Origin: Octopus bimaculoides
Lineage: Eukaryota
Length of the DNA stretch: 33,847 bases
Direction: 5' to 3'
Assembly: GCF_001194135.2 (NCBI RefSeq)
Contig: NC_068981.1
Location: forward strand, 24,194,583-24,228,429
Under the pieces are notes generated by a model. That model saw nothing but the letters and a program-made list of their open reading frames with translations. It made no database searches and was not told the origin of the DNA. Positions 22,981-33,655 of this stretch are shown here, piece by piece; the first letter of the stretch is position 1, and every line of letters begins with the position of its first letter. The translations under genes were made by a program, and so were the position numbers.

Positions 22981-23273
22981 TTTATACGTCATGAAAACCG
23001 GAAAACCAGGAAAACTGATGATAAGGAAAGATCCAGAGAGTGTAGATAACGGCATCGAATTTTCGAAGGCTTATGTCTTGATTGAGAGTGAGAGCCTAAA
23101 TAAATAATGCTTTTGTAATTCAATCACAAGACCAGTATGAAGGATTAGTCGATTACATCGACTCCAGGCCAAATAGACTTGTGATATTAATGACAGTGTG
23201 ATAGCAGTAAAAAGGACAGGTGTTGCAGAGGGTGGATTTGGTTAGGATGGAGAAAGGAATAATAATAATAATA

Positions 23274-23308
<35 letters not shown>

Positions 23309-23320
23309 AATAATAATAGG

Positions 23321-23707
23321 AAGCCGGACATAGTCTTAATTGAGAAAGAAAGCAGACCATGCTGGATCATAGACATAGCATACCCAGCTGATAACAAGTT
23401 ATGCGGTAAGGAAGAAAGAAAAGTCGAGAGATCTGACAGGTTAGATAGGGAAGTTAAACAGTTGTGGTCGATGAAAAAGGTAGCATTAATACCAGTAATT
23501 GTCGGAGCCCTATGAACAGTGAGAAAAAACTTAGAGAAGTACGTGGAACAAATAGGGGCTTAATAAGGGTGGAACACGTGCAGAAAACAGCACTGCCTGG
23601 AACCGCTCGAATACTCCAGAAGGTGCTCGAAAAATAAAAGGTGTTACCTTAGTTCCCTGGTACTGAACAGCTGTCACTGTAGTACATCTCCAGCGTTAGA
23701 AGCTCTG
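23321..23707 (+). mobile_element. 5'-truncated R4/Dong-clade non-LTR retrotransposon (restriction-like endonuclease domain remnant plus 3' UTR)
   Basis: Translates as KPDIVLIEKESRPCWIIDIAYPADNKLCGKEERKV...LWSMKKVALIPVIVGAL*, then after a frameshift ...VQKTALPGTARILQKVLEK*. This is a PD..D-type RLE motif. Flanked by (AAT)n(GAT)n on the left and (TAA)n on the right. Confidence 0.85.

Positions 23708-23786
<79 letters not shown>
23708..23786. repeat. (TAA)n microsatellite / LINE tail
   Basis: Perfect trinucleotide run. Confidence 0.95.
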
Positions 23787-23788
<2 letters not shown>

Positions 23789-23914
23789 GTAACCATAAGA
23801 GCATCACAGCAAACCACAGCACATACCCAAGGCACACAGAGCTGCGCTCGGTAGTGAAGTGAAAGCACGTTATAAAAATAAAACTACTAGGAATGATAAA
23901 TAAAAAAAAAAGGT

Positions 23915-24022
23915 ACTGAAACCTATTTGAAAATGATACCAGGCTTACCATCCCTACAGGAAGTGCAAAAAATCGTGCTAACTGGAACGACTCATGTACT
24001 GAGAAGAGCATTATCGCTGTGA
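23915..24022 (+). mobile_element. Second RLE-type LINE C-terminal fragment
   Basis: TETYLKMIPGLPSLQEVQKIVLTGTTHVLRRALSL*, similar to the ORF end of the 23321 element (QK...GT..IL..VL). Confidence 0.65.
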
Positions 24023-24258
24023 AAACAACATCCATTCATGAATTTTTTTTTTTTCTTAAATACATGTTTTACCTGTGAATTTGCGTGTGTAAACTGGGAA
24101 TGCATACAACGAGTTTCTCTGCCCTAGGTGTACGGAAAACAATCGGCGAGAAATGGAAGAAAATTTGAAGAAAGAAGAAAAAAAAACAACATAATAATAA
24201 TAACAATAATATCGAAAAATACCTTAGGAATGAGAACCTAGGTTCGAATTTTCCCCAA

Positions 24259-24299
24259 GACACCTGATGAAGGCTGTATATTAGCTGAAACGTTGTGTC
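24259..24299 (+). ncRNA. Candidate minimal type I hammerhead ribozyme in a probable Penelope-like repeat remnant (~24130-24378)
   Basis: Stem I GACAC/GTGTC; core CTGATGA; stem II GGCTG/TAGCT; GAAA; palindromic ACGT in place of stem III; GUU cleavage triplet. Confidence 0.55.
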
Positions 24300-24594
24300 A
24301 ACAACAAATATGATGAGGACAAATATCCGTCAAATGTAAATAATGTACATAATTCCTCATCTCTTAAATATAGAACTGAAGATTTTGTTCATCATTCTGC
24401 ACAAACAAAGTTAGCATACGGCTCATCGGTAAAAGCAACAACAGCTAATTCGTCTCCGGAGTAACTGGTTCTAAGTATAGAAAATACTCAAATGTATTCG
24501 AAGAATATAAATAGAAAGTAACGACAGACGTGCAACGTATTACAGTAATCTAAGAACCAAATTAATAAGAGACTTTGCGATAAAAGAAATAATT

Positions 24595-24667
24595 CGACCA
24601 CGACGAGACTCGAACTCGCAATCTTCTGATTCGAAGTCAGACGCCTTATCCATTAGGCCACGCGGCC
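24595..24667 (-). tRNA. tRNA-Arg-TCG: tRNA-Arg(UCG), intact, with unique flanks
   Basis: Identical to the 7808 copy; TTTCTTTT terminator downstream. Confidence 0.95.
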
Positions 24668-24837
24668 AGCCTGGCTGCCTGTTTTAAAATAAGCATTATA
24701 TTTAGAAAACGAGCCAGTGTTTGTTGAGTGATTTATATTCGGCCTTAATTTTAAGTATATAGGATAAAGAAGCACGCATGCAGGCAAGCAGAATAACATA
24801 CGCAGGGCATACGGAAGTATAAGGACATATGTACGCA

Positions 24838-25226
24838 TATCTATATATATATATATATATATATAGATATATATATGTGTGTGTTTACATGCACACGCTC
24901 ACATGGGCGTGTGTGAGTGTGTGTATGTATGTATTATCCACACATACACACAAACACACACACACACACACACACATACACAATCATATTAATCTACACT
25001 AACTTGCTTCTCCCTATACATACAATTTCTCATCGTCCAACCTCACTCATTCTTTCTAATTGCTCTTTCACTCACTCACTCAGTCTCTTTCTTTCACTCT
25101 CTCTTTCTGTGTCTCTTTCTCTTTCGCCAACACTGTCTGCTTCTCTCTCTCTCTCTCTCTCTCTCTCTTCCTCTCTTTCTTTCTCTCTTTCTCTCTTCTG
25201 TCACGCTCACACTCATGCGCTCGCGC

Positions 25227-25285
<59 letters not shown>
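24838..25285. repeat. Compound microsatellite tract (TA, TG, CA, CT)
   Basis: Adjacent dinucleotide runs; they explain the HTHT/LSLS/CVCV ORFs. Confidence 0.9.
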
Positions 25286-25287
<2 letters not shown>

Positions 25288-25402
25288 TGTGTTGCCTGTA
25301 TGTGTGTCCGTTCCGCTATGATACTCCATGATTCTATTAGCATTTTCGAACAGAGGTTGCGGCCGGGCTGGAGCACCCACATTAGAAATAGCATCTACTT
25401 TG

Positions 25403-25474
25403 TGGCAGAGCGGAGTTTCGATCTACGGACCACTAAATTATGAGCCTAGCCCGCACTCACTGAGCCACTCTACT
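25403..25474 (-). pseudogene. tRNA-iMet-CAT: Initiator tRNA-Met(CAU) pseudogene
   Basis: Reverse complement AGTAGAGTGGCTCAGTGAGTGCGGGCTAGGCTCATAATTTAGTGGTCCGTAGATCGAAACTCCGCTCTGCCA (72 nt). It has the eukaryotic initiator hallmarks A1 and T-loop ATCGAAA, and a CAT anticodon. The D-stem, D-loop GG, A1:U72 pair and anticodon-stem G-C pairs are damaged. Confidence 0.8.
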
Positions 25475-25785
25475 TCACATACATACATGCATATACACAC
25501 ACATATACATACATATATACATACATACAAACATACATACAAACATGTTTGTATATCTGTATGTATATATACATATATGTATATATTATTACATGCTACA
25601 TATATAAGTAACGTTGTCACTCTGTATTTCACCTCCGAAGAGGAGGGGTCCCCACATCGAAAACGGTAGAGGAGTAGGGACCGAAACCGGACGTGGTTCC
25701 TCCTGATGATGTCTTTAGTCACTGGATCCTCTAATGGAGCTGTTGCGGTGGCGAACCACGAAACGTTGTTGGAATTCCTTACGTA

Positions 25786-26185
25786 GGCGCAGGAGTGGCT
25801 GTGTGGTAAATAGCTTGCTTATCAAGCACATGGTTCCGGGTTCAGTCTCACTGCGTGGCTCTTTGGGCAAATGTCTTCTACTATAGCCTCGGACCGACCA
25901 AAGCCTTGTGAGTGGATTTGGTAAACGGAAACTGAAAGAAGCCCGTCGTATGTATGTATATGTATGTATATATGTGTGTGTGTGTTTGTGTTTGTCCCTC
26001 TAACATCGCTTGGCAACCGATGCTGGTGTGTTTACGTCCCCGTAACCTAGCGGTTCGGCAAAAGAAACCGATAGAATAAGTACTAGGCTTACAAAGAATA
26101 AGTCCCGGGGTTGATTTGCTCGACTAAAGGCGGTGCTCCAGCATAGCCGCAGTCAAATGACTGAAACAAGTAAAAGAGTAAAGAG
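25786..26185 (+). mobile_element. SINE family A, full length
   Basis: Complete head-to-tail match. Confidence 0.92.
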
Positions 26186-26472
26186 TATACATACATAGAT
26201 ACATATTCTTTTATATGTATGTTTGTGTGTATTTGTATGTATGTATGTATGCATGTATGCATGTATGTATGTATGTATGTATGTATGTATGCATGTATGC
26301 ATGTATGCATGTATGTATGTATGTATGTATGTATGTATGCATGTATGTATGTATGTATGTACAGCAGAAATTTCTGGTCAATTTACCTATCAAATTATGC
26401 CGTGTGACAAAATGTAAAATTAAAAGAGAACTTTGATGACGTACCAGTCTCCGTGTTCTTTATATTTATTTG

Positions 26473-26509
<37 letters not shown>

Positions 26510-26900
26510 ATTTAAAGCTATTAAATGTTTCATTATATTCTTAACTGACGAATTCCAAATTAATTTATTCGTCTTGTTTCACTCATATATCAATTGAATT
26601 ATAATTTCAAAAGCTATTGCGAGGGTGTGAGAGAATATATTTTGCTCCTGTTTGCGTTTGAACTGTGTATGTTTGTCTCTGTGCCTTCGCTGAATATCGT
26701 GCACAAATTTACGCTTCACCAAATAGAGGCGATATCACATCACGAGCCTTCAAGCGTTTCCTCGACGTGCTAGAAATAAACACCAACTTTTCTCAGATCG
26801 AACGCTATCGTCTCAGGGAAAGAACACATTAGATAAGGTGATCTGGAGGTAGGAAGGTCAGTGCAGCTGGAATGTATTTCAAAATAGGTTTAGTCTAGTG

Positions 26901-27599
26901 CAGTGATTCCCAAACTATGAGTCGCGACCCACTGATGGGTCGCGAACGTAATCCTAGTGGGTTGCAAAAAGTTATAAAATTATGCATTAGCTTTGATTAA
27001 CTGCTGTCTATCGAGATAGTTCAAGACCCATGTTTTCAATATCAGACTGGTTGTTTTATCAAGCAGTAGGCTTTTTTCACGAACTTAACAAATCAGAGGT
27101 GGTCATTTTCTCAAGTTATTTATTCGTACGTAATCGTAAAAAGGAAAAGTATGTTTTTACCTATTTATAGAGAACTTTAACTAGGCGCAGTACAACACTA
27201 ATAGAGCCGATAACAGTTACTGTTTCGTCCTTGGCGTCTCTTCAAACCCCGTACCCAATCATTTCCACCGAAGCATTAAAAGTACTTCTCCCTTTCGCGT
27301 CATCTTATAATTGTGAAACTGGATTTTCAGCAATGGTTGGGATTAAAAGCGAATTTCGAAATAAACTGCAGCTCTTAAATTCTTTACGGCAGAAACTATC
27401 ACGCATTGAACCTGATGTTAATTCTATTATTCAGCGTAGCAAGAAACAGGCTCATCCTTCTCACAGGCCTCAATGAATATGTAATCTGAAATAAATTTGT
27501 TTCTTTCATTAATGTTTTTACCCAGTAGAGTTAAGTGGGTCGCCATAAACTGGTGTCATAAATAGTGGGTCGCGTCTCTAAAAAGTTTGGGAACCACTG
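26901..27599 (+). mobile_element. Non-autonomous hAT transposon (Charlie/Buster-like) with transposase C-terminal remnant
   Basis: TIRs CAGTGATTCCCAAAC / GTTTGGGAACCACTG; exact 8-bp TSD GTCTAGTG (26893-26900, 27600-27607). ORF 27231-27476 has LLPFASSYNCETGFSAM...K...RNKL, a hAT dimerisation-domain motif. Confidence 0.93.
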
Positions 27600-27624
27600 G
27601 TCTAGTGGTTACTCTTTTCTCTCT

Positions 27625-28003
27625 CTTTACTCTTTTACTTGTTTCAGTCATTTGACTGCAGCCATGCTGGAGTACAGCTTTAGGCGAGCAAATCGACAGT
27701 ACTTATTCTTTGTAAGCCTAGTACTTATTGTATCGGTCTCTTTTGCCAAACCGCTAAGTTACGGAGACGTAAACACACTGGCATCTGTTGTCAAGCGATG
27801 TTATGGGGACAAACACAGACACCCAAACACACACACACACACACACACATACACACACACNNNNNNNNNNNNNNNNNNNNNNNNNNNNNNNNNNNNNNNN
27901 NNNNNNNNNNNNNNNNNNNNNNNNNNNNNNNNNNNNNNNNNNNNNNNNNNNNNNNNNNNNNNNNNNNNNNNNNNNNTATATATATATATATATACGACGG
28001 GCT
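27625..28003 (-). mobile_element. SINE family A, 3' part (head lost), gap inside the microsatellite
   Basis: CTTTACTCTTTTACTTGTTTCAG...ACAGACAC-[N]-TATACGACGGGCT. Confidence 0.85.
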
Positions 28004-28221
28004 GTGTGTGTGTCTGTGTTTGTCCCCCCACCATCGCTTGACAACCGATGCTGGTGTGTTTACGTCCCCGTAACTTAGCGGTTCGGCAAAAAGAGACCGA
28101 TAGAATAAGTACTAGGCTTACAAAAGAATAAGCCCTGGGGTCGATTTTCTCGACTAAAGCTGGTGCTCCAGCATGGCCGCAGTCAAATGACTGAAACAAG
28201 TAAAAGAGTAAAAGAGTAAGA
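28004..28221 (+). mobile_element. SINE family A, 3' part (head lost), directly fused to the inverted copy
   Basis: GTGTGTCTGTGTTTGTCCCC...GTAAAAGAGTAAGAG. Confidence 0.88.
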
Positions 28222-28256
<35 letters not shown>

Positions 28257-28759
28257 TTTGTTTGTTTGTGTGTGTGTATGTGCTTGCGTGTGCGCGCGCG
28301 TGTTAACGTATGCATGTGTGAATGCGTGAATTTGTGATGAGTTACAATGAAGACGGACTATTTCTAAATTAGGCTAAAATTAGGCCTTGCTTTACATCTT
28401 AGAGTGTTAGTCAAGCAGAACTAATTAATGACCAGATGGTAAATCGTTTCCTAAGAATAAAAAGAAAGATGATTGTAGCAACTGGGTAATGTAGATAATG
28501 AAAAGATGATGAATAAGTATTCTATTACTGAGAGTTTTCATCATTACTTATGAAAGACGATAAGGTTAAGCAAAGCGTTTTTATCGCTGAAAGGAAAGCC
28601 GGTTTAAGGTAACAGAAATAAATCAAATACCTGTTGCAAACCGGAAAATAAATAAATAAATAAAATATATGAAATAATAAAAAAAAAATATAAAAAAGAG
28701 TTTCGAATTTTAGCAGAAGTACTGAAATGATTTTAAGAGATGGTGTAAGTCGATTATAT

Positions 28760-28911
28760 TGACTCCTCAAGAGATCCGCTGGTATTTATTTTAGCGACGC
28801 CGAAAAGATGTAAAGGCAAAGCTGACCCCGATGGAATTTGAAAGTAGAAAGTAGAGAACTAGAAGATATGCTTACGAAGCATTTTGTCCAACGCGCTAAC
28901 GATTCCACCAG

Positions 28912-28913
<2 letters not shown>
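28760..28913 (-). mobile_element. SINE family B, degenerate
   Basis: AAAGGCAAAGCTGACCCCGATGGAATTTGAA...GCTAACGATTCCACCAGCT. Confidence 0.65.
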
Positions 28914-28974
<61 letters not shown>

Positions 28975-28983
28975 TTACTACTG

Positions 28984-29034
<51 letters not shown>
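28912..29034. repeat. (CTA)n(TAA)n compound microsatellite
   Basis: Direct reading. Confidence 0.95.
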
Positions 29035-29037
<3 letters not shown>

Positions 29038-29145
29038 CATATTATCTCTGGCTGCCCAGTCCTGGCTAAGAAGGAATATATTCACAGACACGACAGAGCT
29101 AGGACCTATATACACTGGAAGCTATGCCAACAATGTGGAATAACA
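29038..29145 (+). mobile_element. 5'-truncated R4/Dong-clade LINE fragment (CCHC zinc-knuckle end plus RHD motif), running into an assembly gap
   Basis: HIISGCPVLAKKEYIHRHDRARTYIHWKLCQQCGIT immediately after (TAA)n. Confidence 0.8.
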
Positions 29146-29909
29146 NNNNNNNNNNNNNNNNNNNNNNNNNNNNNNNNNNNNNNNNNNNNNNNNNNNNNNN
29201 NNNNNNNNNNNNNNNNNNNNNNNNNNNNNNNNNNNNNNNNNNNNNNNNNNNNNNNNNNNNNNNNNNNNNNNNNNNNNNNNNNNNNNNNNNNNNNNNNNNN
29301 NNNNNNNNNNNNNNNNNNNNNNNNNNNNNNNNNNNNNNNNNNNNNNNNNNNNNNNNNNNNNNNNNNNNNNNNNNNNNNNNNNNNNNNNNNNNNNNNNNNN
29401 NNNNNNNNNNNNNNNNNNNNNNNNNNNNNNNNNNNNNNNNNNNNNNNNNNNNNNNNNNNNNNNNNNNNNNNNNNNNNNNNNNNNNNNNNNNNNNNNNNNN
29501 NNNNNNNNNNNNNNNNNNNNNNNNNNNNNNNNNNNNNNNNNNNNNNNNNNNNNNNNNNNNNNNNNNNNNNNNNNNNNNNNNNNNNNNNNNNNNNNNNNNN
29601 NNNNNNNNNNNNNNNNNNNNNNNNNNNNNNNNNNNNNNNNNNNNNNNNNNNNNNNNNNNNNNNNNNNNNNNNNNNNNNNNNNNNNNNNNNNNNNNNNNNN
29701 NNNNNNNNNNNNNNNNNNNNNNNNNNNNNNNNNNNNNNNNNNNNNNNNNNNNNNNNNNNNNNNNNNNNNNNNNNNNNNNNNNNNNNNNNNNNNNNNNNNN
29801 NNNNNNNNNNNNNNNNNNNNNNNNNNNNNNNNNNNNNNNNNNNNNNNNNNNNNNNNNNNNNNNNNNNNNNNNNNNNNNNNNNNNNNNNNNNNNNNNNNNN
29901 NNNNNNNNN

Positions 29910-30027
29910 AGAAGAAGAAGAAGAAGAAGAAGAAGAAGAAGAAGAAGAAGAAGAAGAAGAAGAAGAAGAAGAAGAAGAAGAAGAAGAAGAAGAAGAAGAA
30001 GAAGAAGAAGAAGAAGAAGAAGAAGAA
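29910..30027. repeat. (GAA)n microsatellite
   Basis: Perfect run following the gap. Confidence 0.95.
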
Positions 30028-30207
30028 TGAGGTCTTTGTGACTTGACATCAGGATATAGCCAGAATTGAAACTCGCATTGTGGATCTGCAGAAAAGTACC
30101 ATCCTATATTCTTCAAGAATACTAAGAAAGAATCTGCAGAAAAGTACCAACTTATATTCTACAAGAAAAACCCGGATGTCTAAAACGCAGCCGATCCACC
30201 AACTAAC

Positions 30208-30243
<36 letters not shown>

Positions 30244-32384
30244 ATGTGTATGTGTGTTCGACTATGTTTATATGCATCGATCTGCTTTTAATTCACATCT
30301 GAAGTTTTTCCGTAGCACGAAACGTTGGGATATATCAGTAGATGGTTCTCAGACTATTTAGCATATAGTCATAGTCGGCGATATAGCTTGTGGCAGACCT
30401 TCTTCGCTACACAACAATGACGAAACATCGACGTCTGTCGCTGCGGACAGGGACCTGCTGTGAGTTGTCTCACTTGCCTACGACTTACTTTCAGGTGTTT
30501 TTAACAAAAGGCACATTGAGAATATATTCCCTTACGGTTAAAACATAGCCGACCCATGAACTAACAACACCCTCATCTTGTGTATGCGTGTTCGATTTTG
30601 TTTATATATCTCGAGCTGCTTACGCTTAAAAATGCAATCATGTTTTGAGTTGGTTTATTTTTGAAAATTCGACCATTCACGCCATAGAAACACGTTGCAC
30701 AACCGATCAAACTCAATCAAAATCATAGGCATACGTATGTGCCTGCCTGCCTGCCTACCTGCCTACCTACCTACCTACATACATACATACACAGATACAT
30801 ACAAACATAATACATACACAGATACATACACACAACATACATACATACATACATACATACATACATACATACATACAAACATACATGCAGTACACACTGC
30901 CTAATTACCAATTTTGCGAAATTAGGCTTCTCAAAACCAGAAAAGAGGAAGCTAATTTGAAGACTACAGATCCAATCCATCACTGGACCTGTAAAAATCT
31001 GTAAAACTTTCCAGTTTATCATTTAAATATATATTAGCATGTCTAAATATGTAACTCTATGCATGAGAATACATACATAAAACAAGACATACAAATCTGC
31101 ACACATACATATACATTCATACAAAAATTCTCTGTTGATGTGGTTGAAATTCCAATGAAGGATCCTTTAGTCTAGGCTAGAAACCGGATCGCTCTCGCTC
31201 TCTCTATCTTGAAATAAACTGAATAATGACATACATACATACATACATACATACATACATACATACATACAAACATGCATACATACGCACATACATACTT
31301 GTATCGTTAGATCCAGTGTTACTTTTATTACTTATTACATTATATATTATATGCTTTTTATATTTATGAGGATGTGTAGTCAGACGATATTGTTCTCTCA
31401 GAAGTCACGTCAACCATCTAACATTCAGCTAGTTTATTTATCGCTTCACGCGTAGCGAAGCATAAATTTTTTTTTTTTTTTTTTCTGTATGACGCCAGTT
31501 GTGACATGTAATGTGTTCGTTGCCCGAAATTTTTTTTTTTTTTTACCTGAAATGGGCCCTAGAAATCAGCTTTTCCTGTTTCGTGTTCAGTTGCAGAAAG
31601 GACTGCAAAGAAGGTAAGACTCCAAAGACAATCAATGATGGTAAACACTACTAGAAGATGCGAACTATTTTGTGTTCTCTGAAGAATTTTCATACATATA
31701 TCTTACATATTTTTCTTCGTTTTCTACACATTCAGGTTTTCTTTTGTGACAAAGAAATAGCAATGAGCACTGTCCTGCTATTTCTAGCAGAAAATTATTC
31801 TCNNNNNNNNNNNNNNNNNNNNNNNNNNNNNNNNNNNNNNNNNNNNNNNNNNNNNNNNNNNNNNNNNNNNNNNNNNNNNNNNNNNNNNNNNNNNNNNNNN
31901 NNNNNNNNNNNNNNNNNNNNNNNNNNNNNNNNNNNNNNNNNNNNNNNNNNNNNNNNNNNNNNNNNNNNNNNNNNNNNNNNNNNNNNNNNNNNNNNNNNNN
32001 NNNNNNNNNNNNNNNNNNNNNNNNNNNNNNNNNNNNNNNNNNNNNNNNNNNNNNNNNNNNNNNNNNNNNNNNNNNNNNNNNNNNNNNNNNNNNNNNNNNN
32101 NNNNNNNNNNNNNNNNNNNNNNNNNNNNNNNNNNNNNNNNNNNNNNNNNNNNNNNNNNNNNNNNNNNNNNNNNNNNNNNNNNNNNNNNNNNNNNNNNNNN
32201 NNNNNNNNNNNNNNNNNNNNNNNNNNNNNNNNNNNNNNNNNNNNNNNNNNNNNNNNNNNNNNNNNNNNNNNNNNNNNNNNNNNNNNNNNNNNNNNNNNNN
32301 NNNNNNNNNNNNNNNNNNNNNNNNNNNNNNNNNNNNNNGTAAAAAAAAAAAGGACTGACAGATACAAAGAGAGAGGGGGGTTGC

Positions 32385-32515
32385 ACCAGCATTTCTCTGA
32401 TACTTTATTTATCGGCCTCAAAAGGGCGAAAGGCAAAGATGACCTGACTGGTATTTGAACTCGGCACACTGAGAGCTGGAACAAATGTTGCATCGTATTT
32501 TTCCGACGCTTTAAC
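32385..32515 (-). mobile_element. SINE family B, degenerate
   Basis: TACTTTATTTATCGGCC...GAAAGGCAAAGATGACC...ATTTGAACTC. Confidence 0.55.
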
Positions 32516-32561
32516 AACTATATCAATCGATACAAACCTACCCACATAAATGTATATGTGC

Positions 32562-32601
<40 letters not shown>

Positions 32602-32814
32602 AAATACATATACACGTATATGTATGAATATGTGTGTATGTATGTGTGTATATATGTATGATGAAAGCAATGAACGCCAAATGAATGGAGACAACGCAAG
32701 TAGGATAAATGTTAACAAGTATTGTATAAGCATAACGCTTAAAAAGGAAGGTAAAATCTATATGTCTGTCTGTCTGTCTGTCTGTATGTATGTATGTATG
32801 TATGTATGTATGTA

Positions 32815-32893
<79 letters not shown>

Positions 32894-33044
32894 ATGCATG
32901 CATCTATTCTATAGTGTAAAATAATTTTGTCTTTTAAACGAAGAAAAATAACTTATACTTAAAGGCTGCAGTGATTGAAATAAACAACAATATTTTTGCT
33001 CCGCTTCTAATACCTAACGTATACTTTTAAGCTCTATTATGCTT

Positions 33045-33115
33045 TCTTGTGTGGTCTAGTGGTTAGAATTCATGACTTTCATCCAAGCGCCCCGCTTCAA
33101 TTCCCAGCATGGAAA
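33045..33115 (+). pseudogene. tRNA-Glu-TTC: tRNA-Glu(UUC) pseudogene
   Basis: TCTTGTGTGGTCTAGTGGTTAGAATTCATGACTTTCATCCAAGCGCCCCGCTTCAATTCCCAGCATGGAAA. The Glu-type D-arm TGGTCTAGTGGTTAG and CTTTCA loop are kept; stems are mismatched and the B box is degenerate. Confidence 0.72.
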
Positions 33116-33502
33116 CGGTAAAACTTTTCTTTCAAAAATTACATCTCAGATATTTTTCATAGCACACCAACCAATTGTGCATGAGACAAATTTAACAACT
33201 ATTTATTTATTTTGCAATTCTGAATATTACTAGTTTGATGGCAACATACGTCTAAGTAACTAAAGACCGCGATTCAGTTATTTACAATATTTATCCGCCA
33301 TGTATTACAAACACTTCCTTGACATTCTTGCCACCAAGTAAGCCATGAACGTGTTATCTGACCATGAGAAACCTGCAGCTAACGACGCTATTGTTCGATA
33401 ATTAATATATATATAATTAATTGACGCAGCAATTACCTGTATTGATCTTATCCGTTACAGCTTTTCCTGTGGGGTTATATGTCATTGTAAGAAATCTTAA
33501 TT

Positions 33503-33655
33503 ATGTGGTTAAGAAGCTTGCTTCAAAACTGTGTGGTTTTTGGATCAGTTTACTGCATAGCACCTTGGGCGAGTGTCTTCTACTATAGCCCCCTGGCCAT
33601 TCAATGCCTTGTGAGTGGATTTGGTAGATGGAAACTGAAAGAATCCGGTCACATA
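33503..33655 (+). mobile_element. SINE family A, degenerate 5' half
   Basis: GTGGTTAAGAAGCTTGCTTC...GCCTTGTGAGTGGATTTGGTAGATGGAAACTGAAAGAA. Confidence 0.8.

Larger units (their letters stand above)
20225..23259 (-). repeat. Right arm of the large inverted segmental duplication
   Basis: Reverse complement of 10175-13590. Differs by a ~190-bp deletion, lineage-specific SINE C insertions and an extra tRNA unit. Confidence 0.92.

Noticed and set aside
23014-23040. CTGATGA-TAAG-GAAA motif
   Set aside because: No stem II can form, and the paralogous arm has CCGATGA.
6702-24667. tRNA-Arg copies as a CRISPR-like array or as SINE heads
   Set aside because: Eukaryotic context, irregular spacing and full cloverleafs with Pol III terminators; no shared SINE body or tail follows them.
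25695-25775. CTGATGA...GAAACGTT hammerhead-like motif
   Set aside because: No convincing stem I or proximal stem II pairing.
33395-33425. AT-only palindrome
   Set aside because: Low complexity; expected by chance in this composition.
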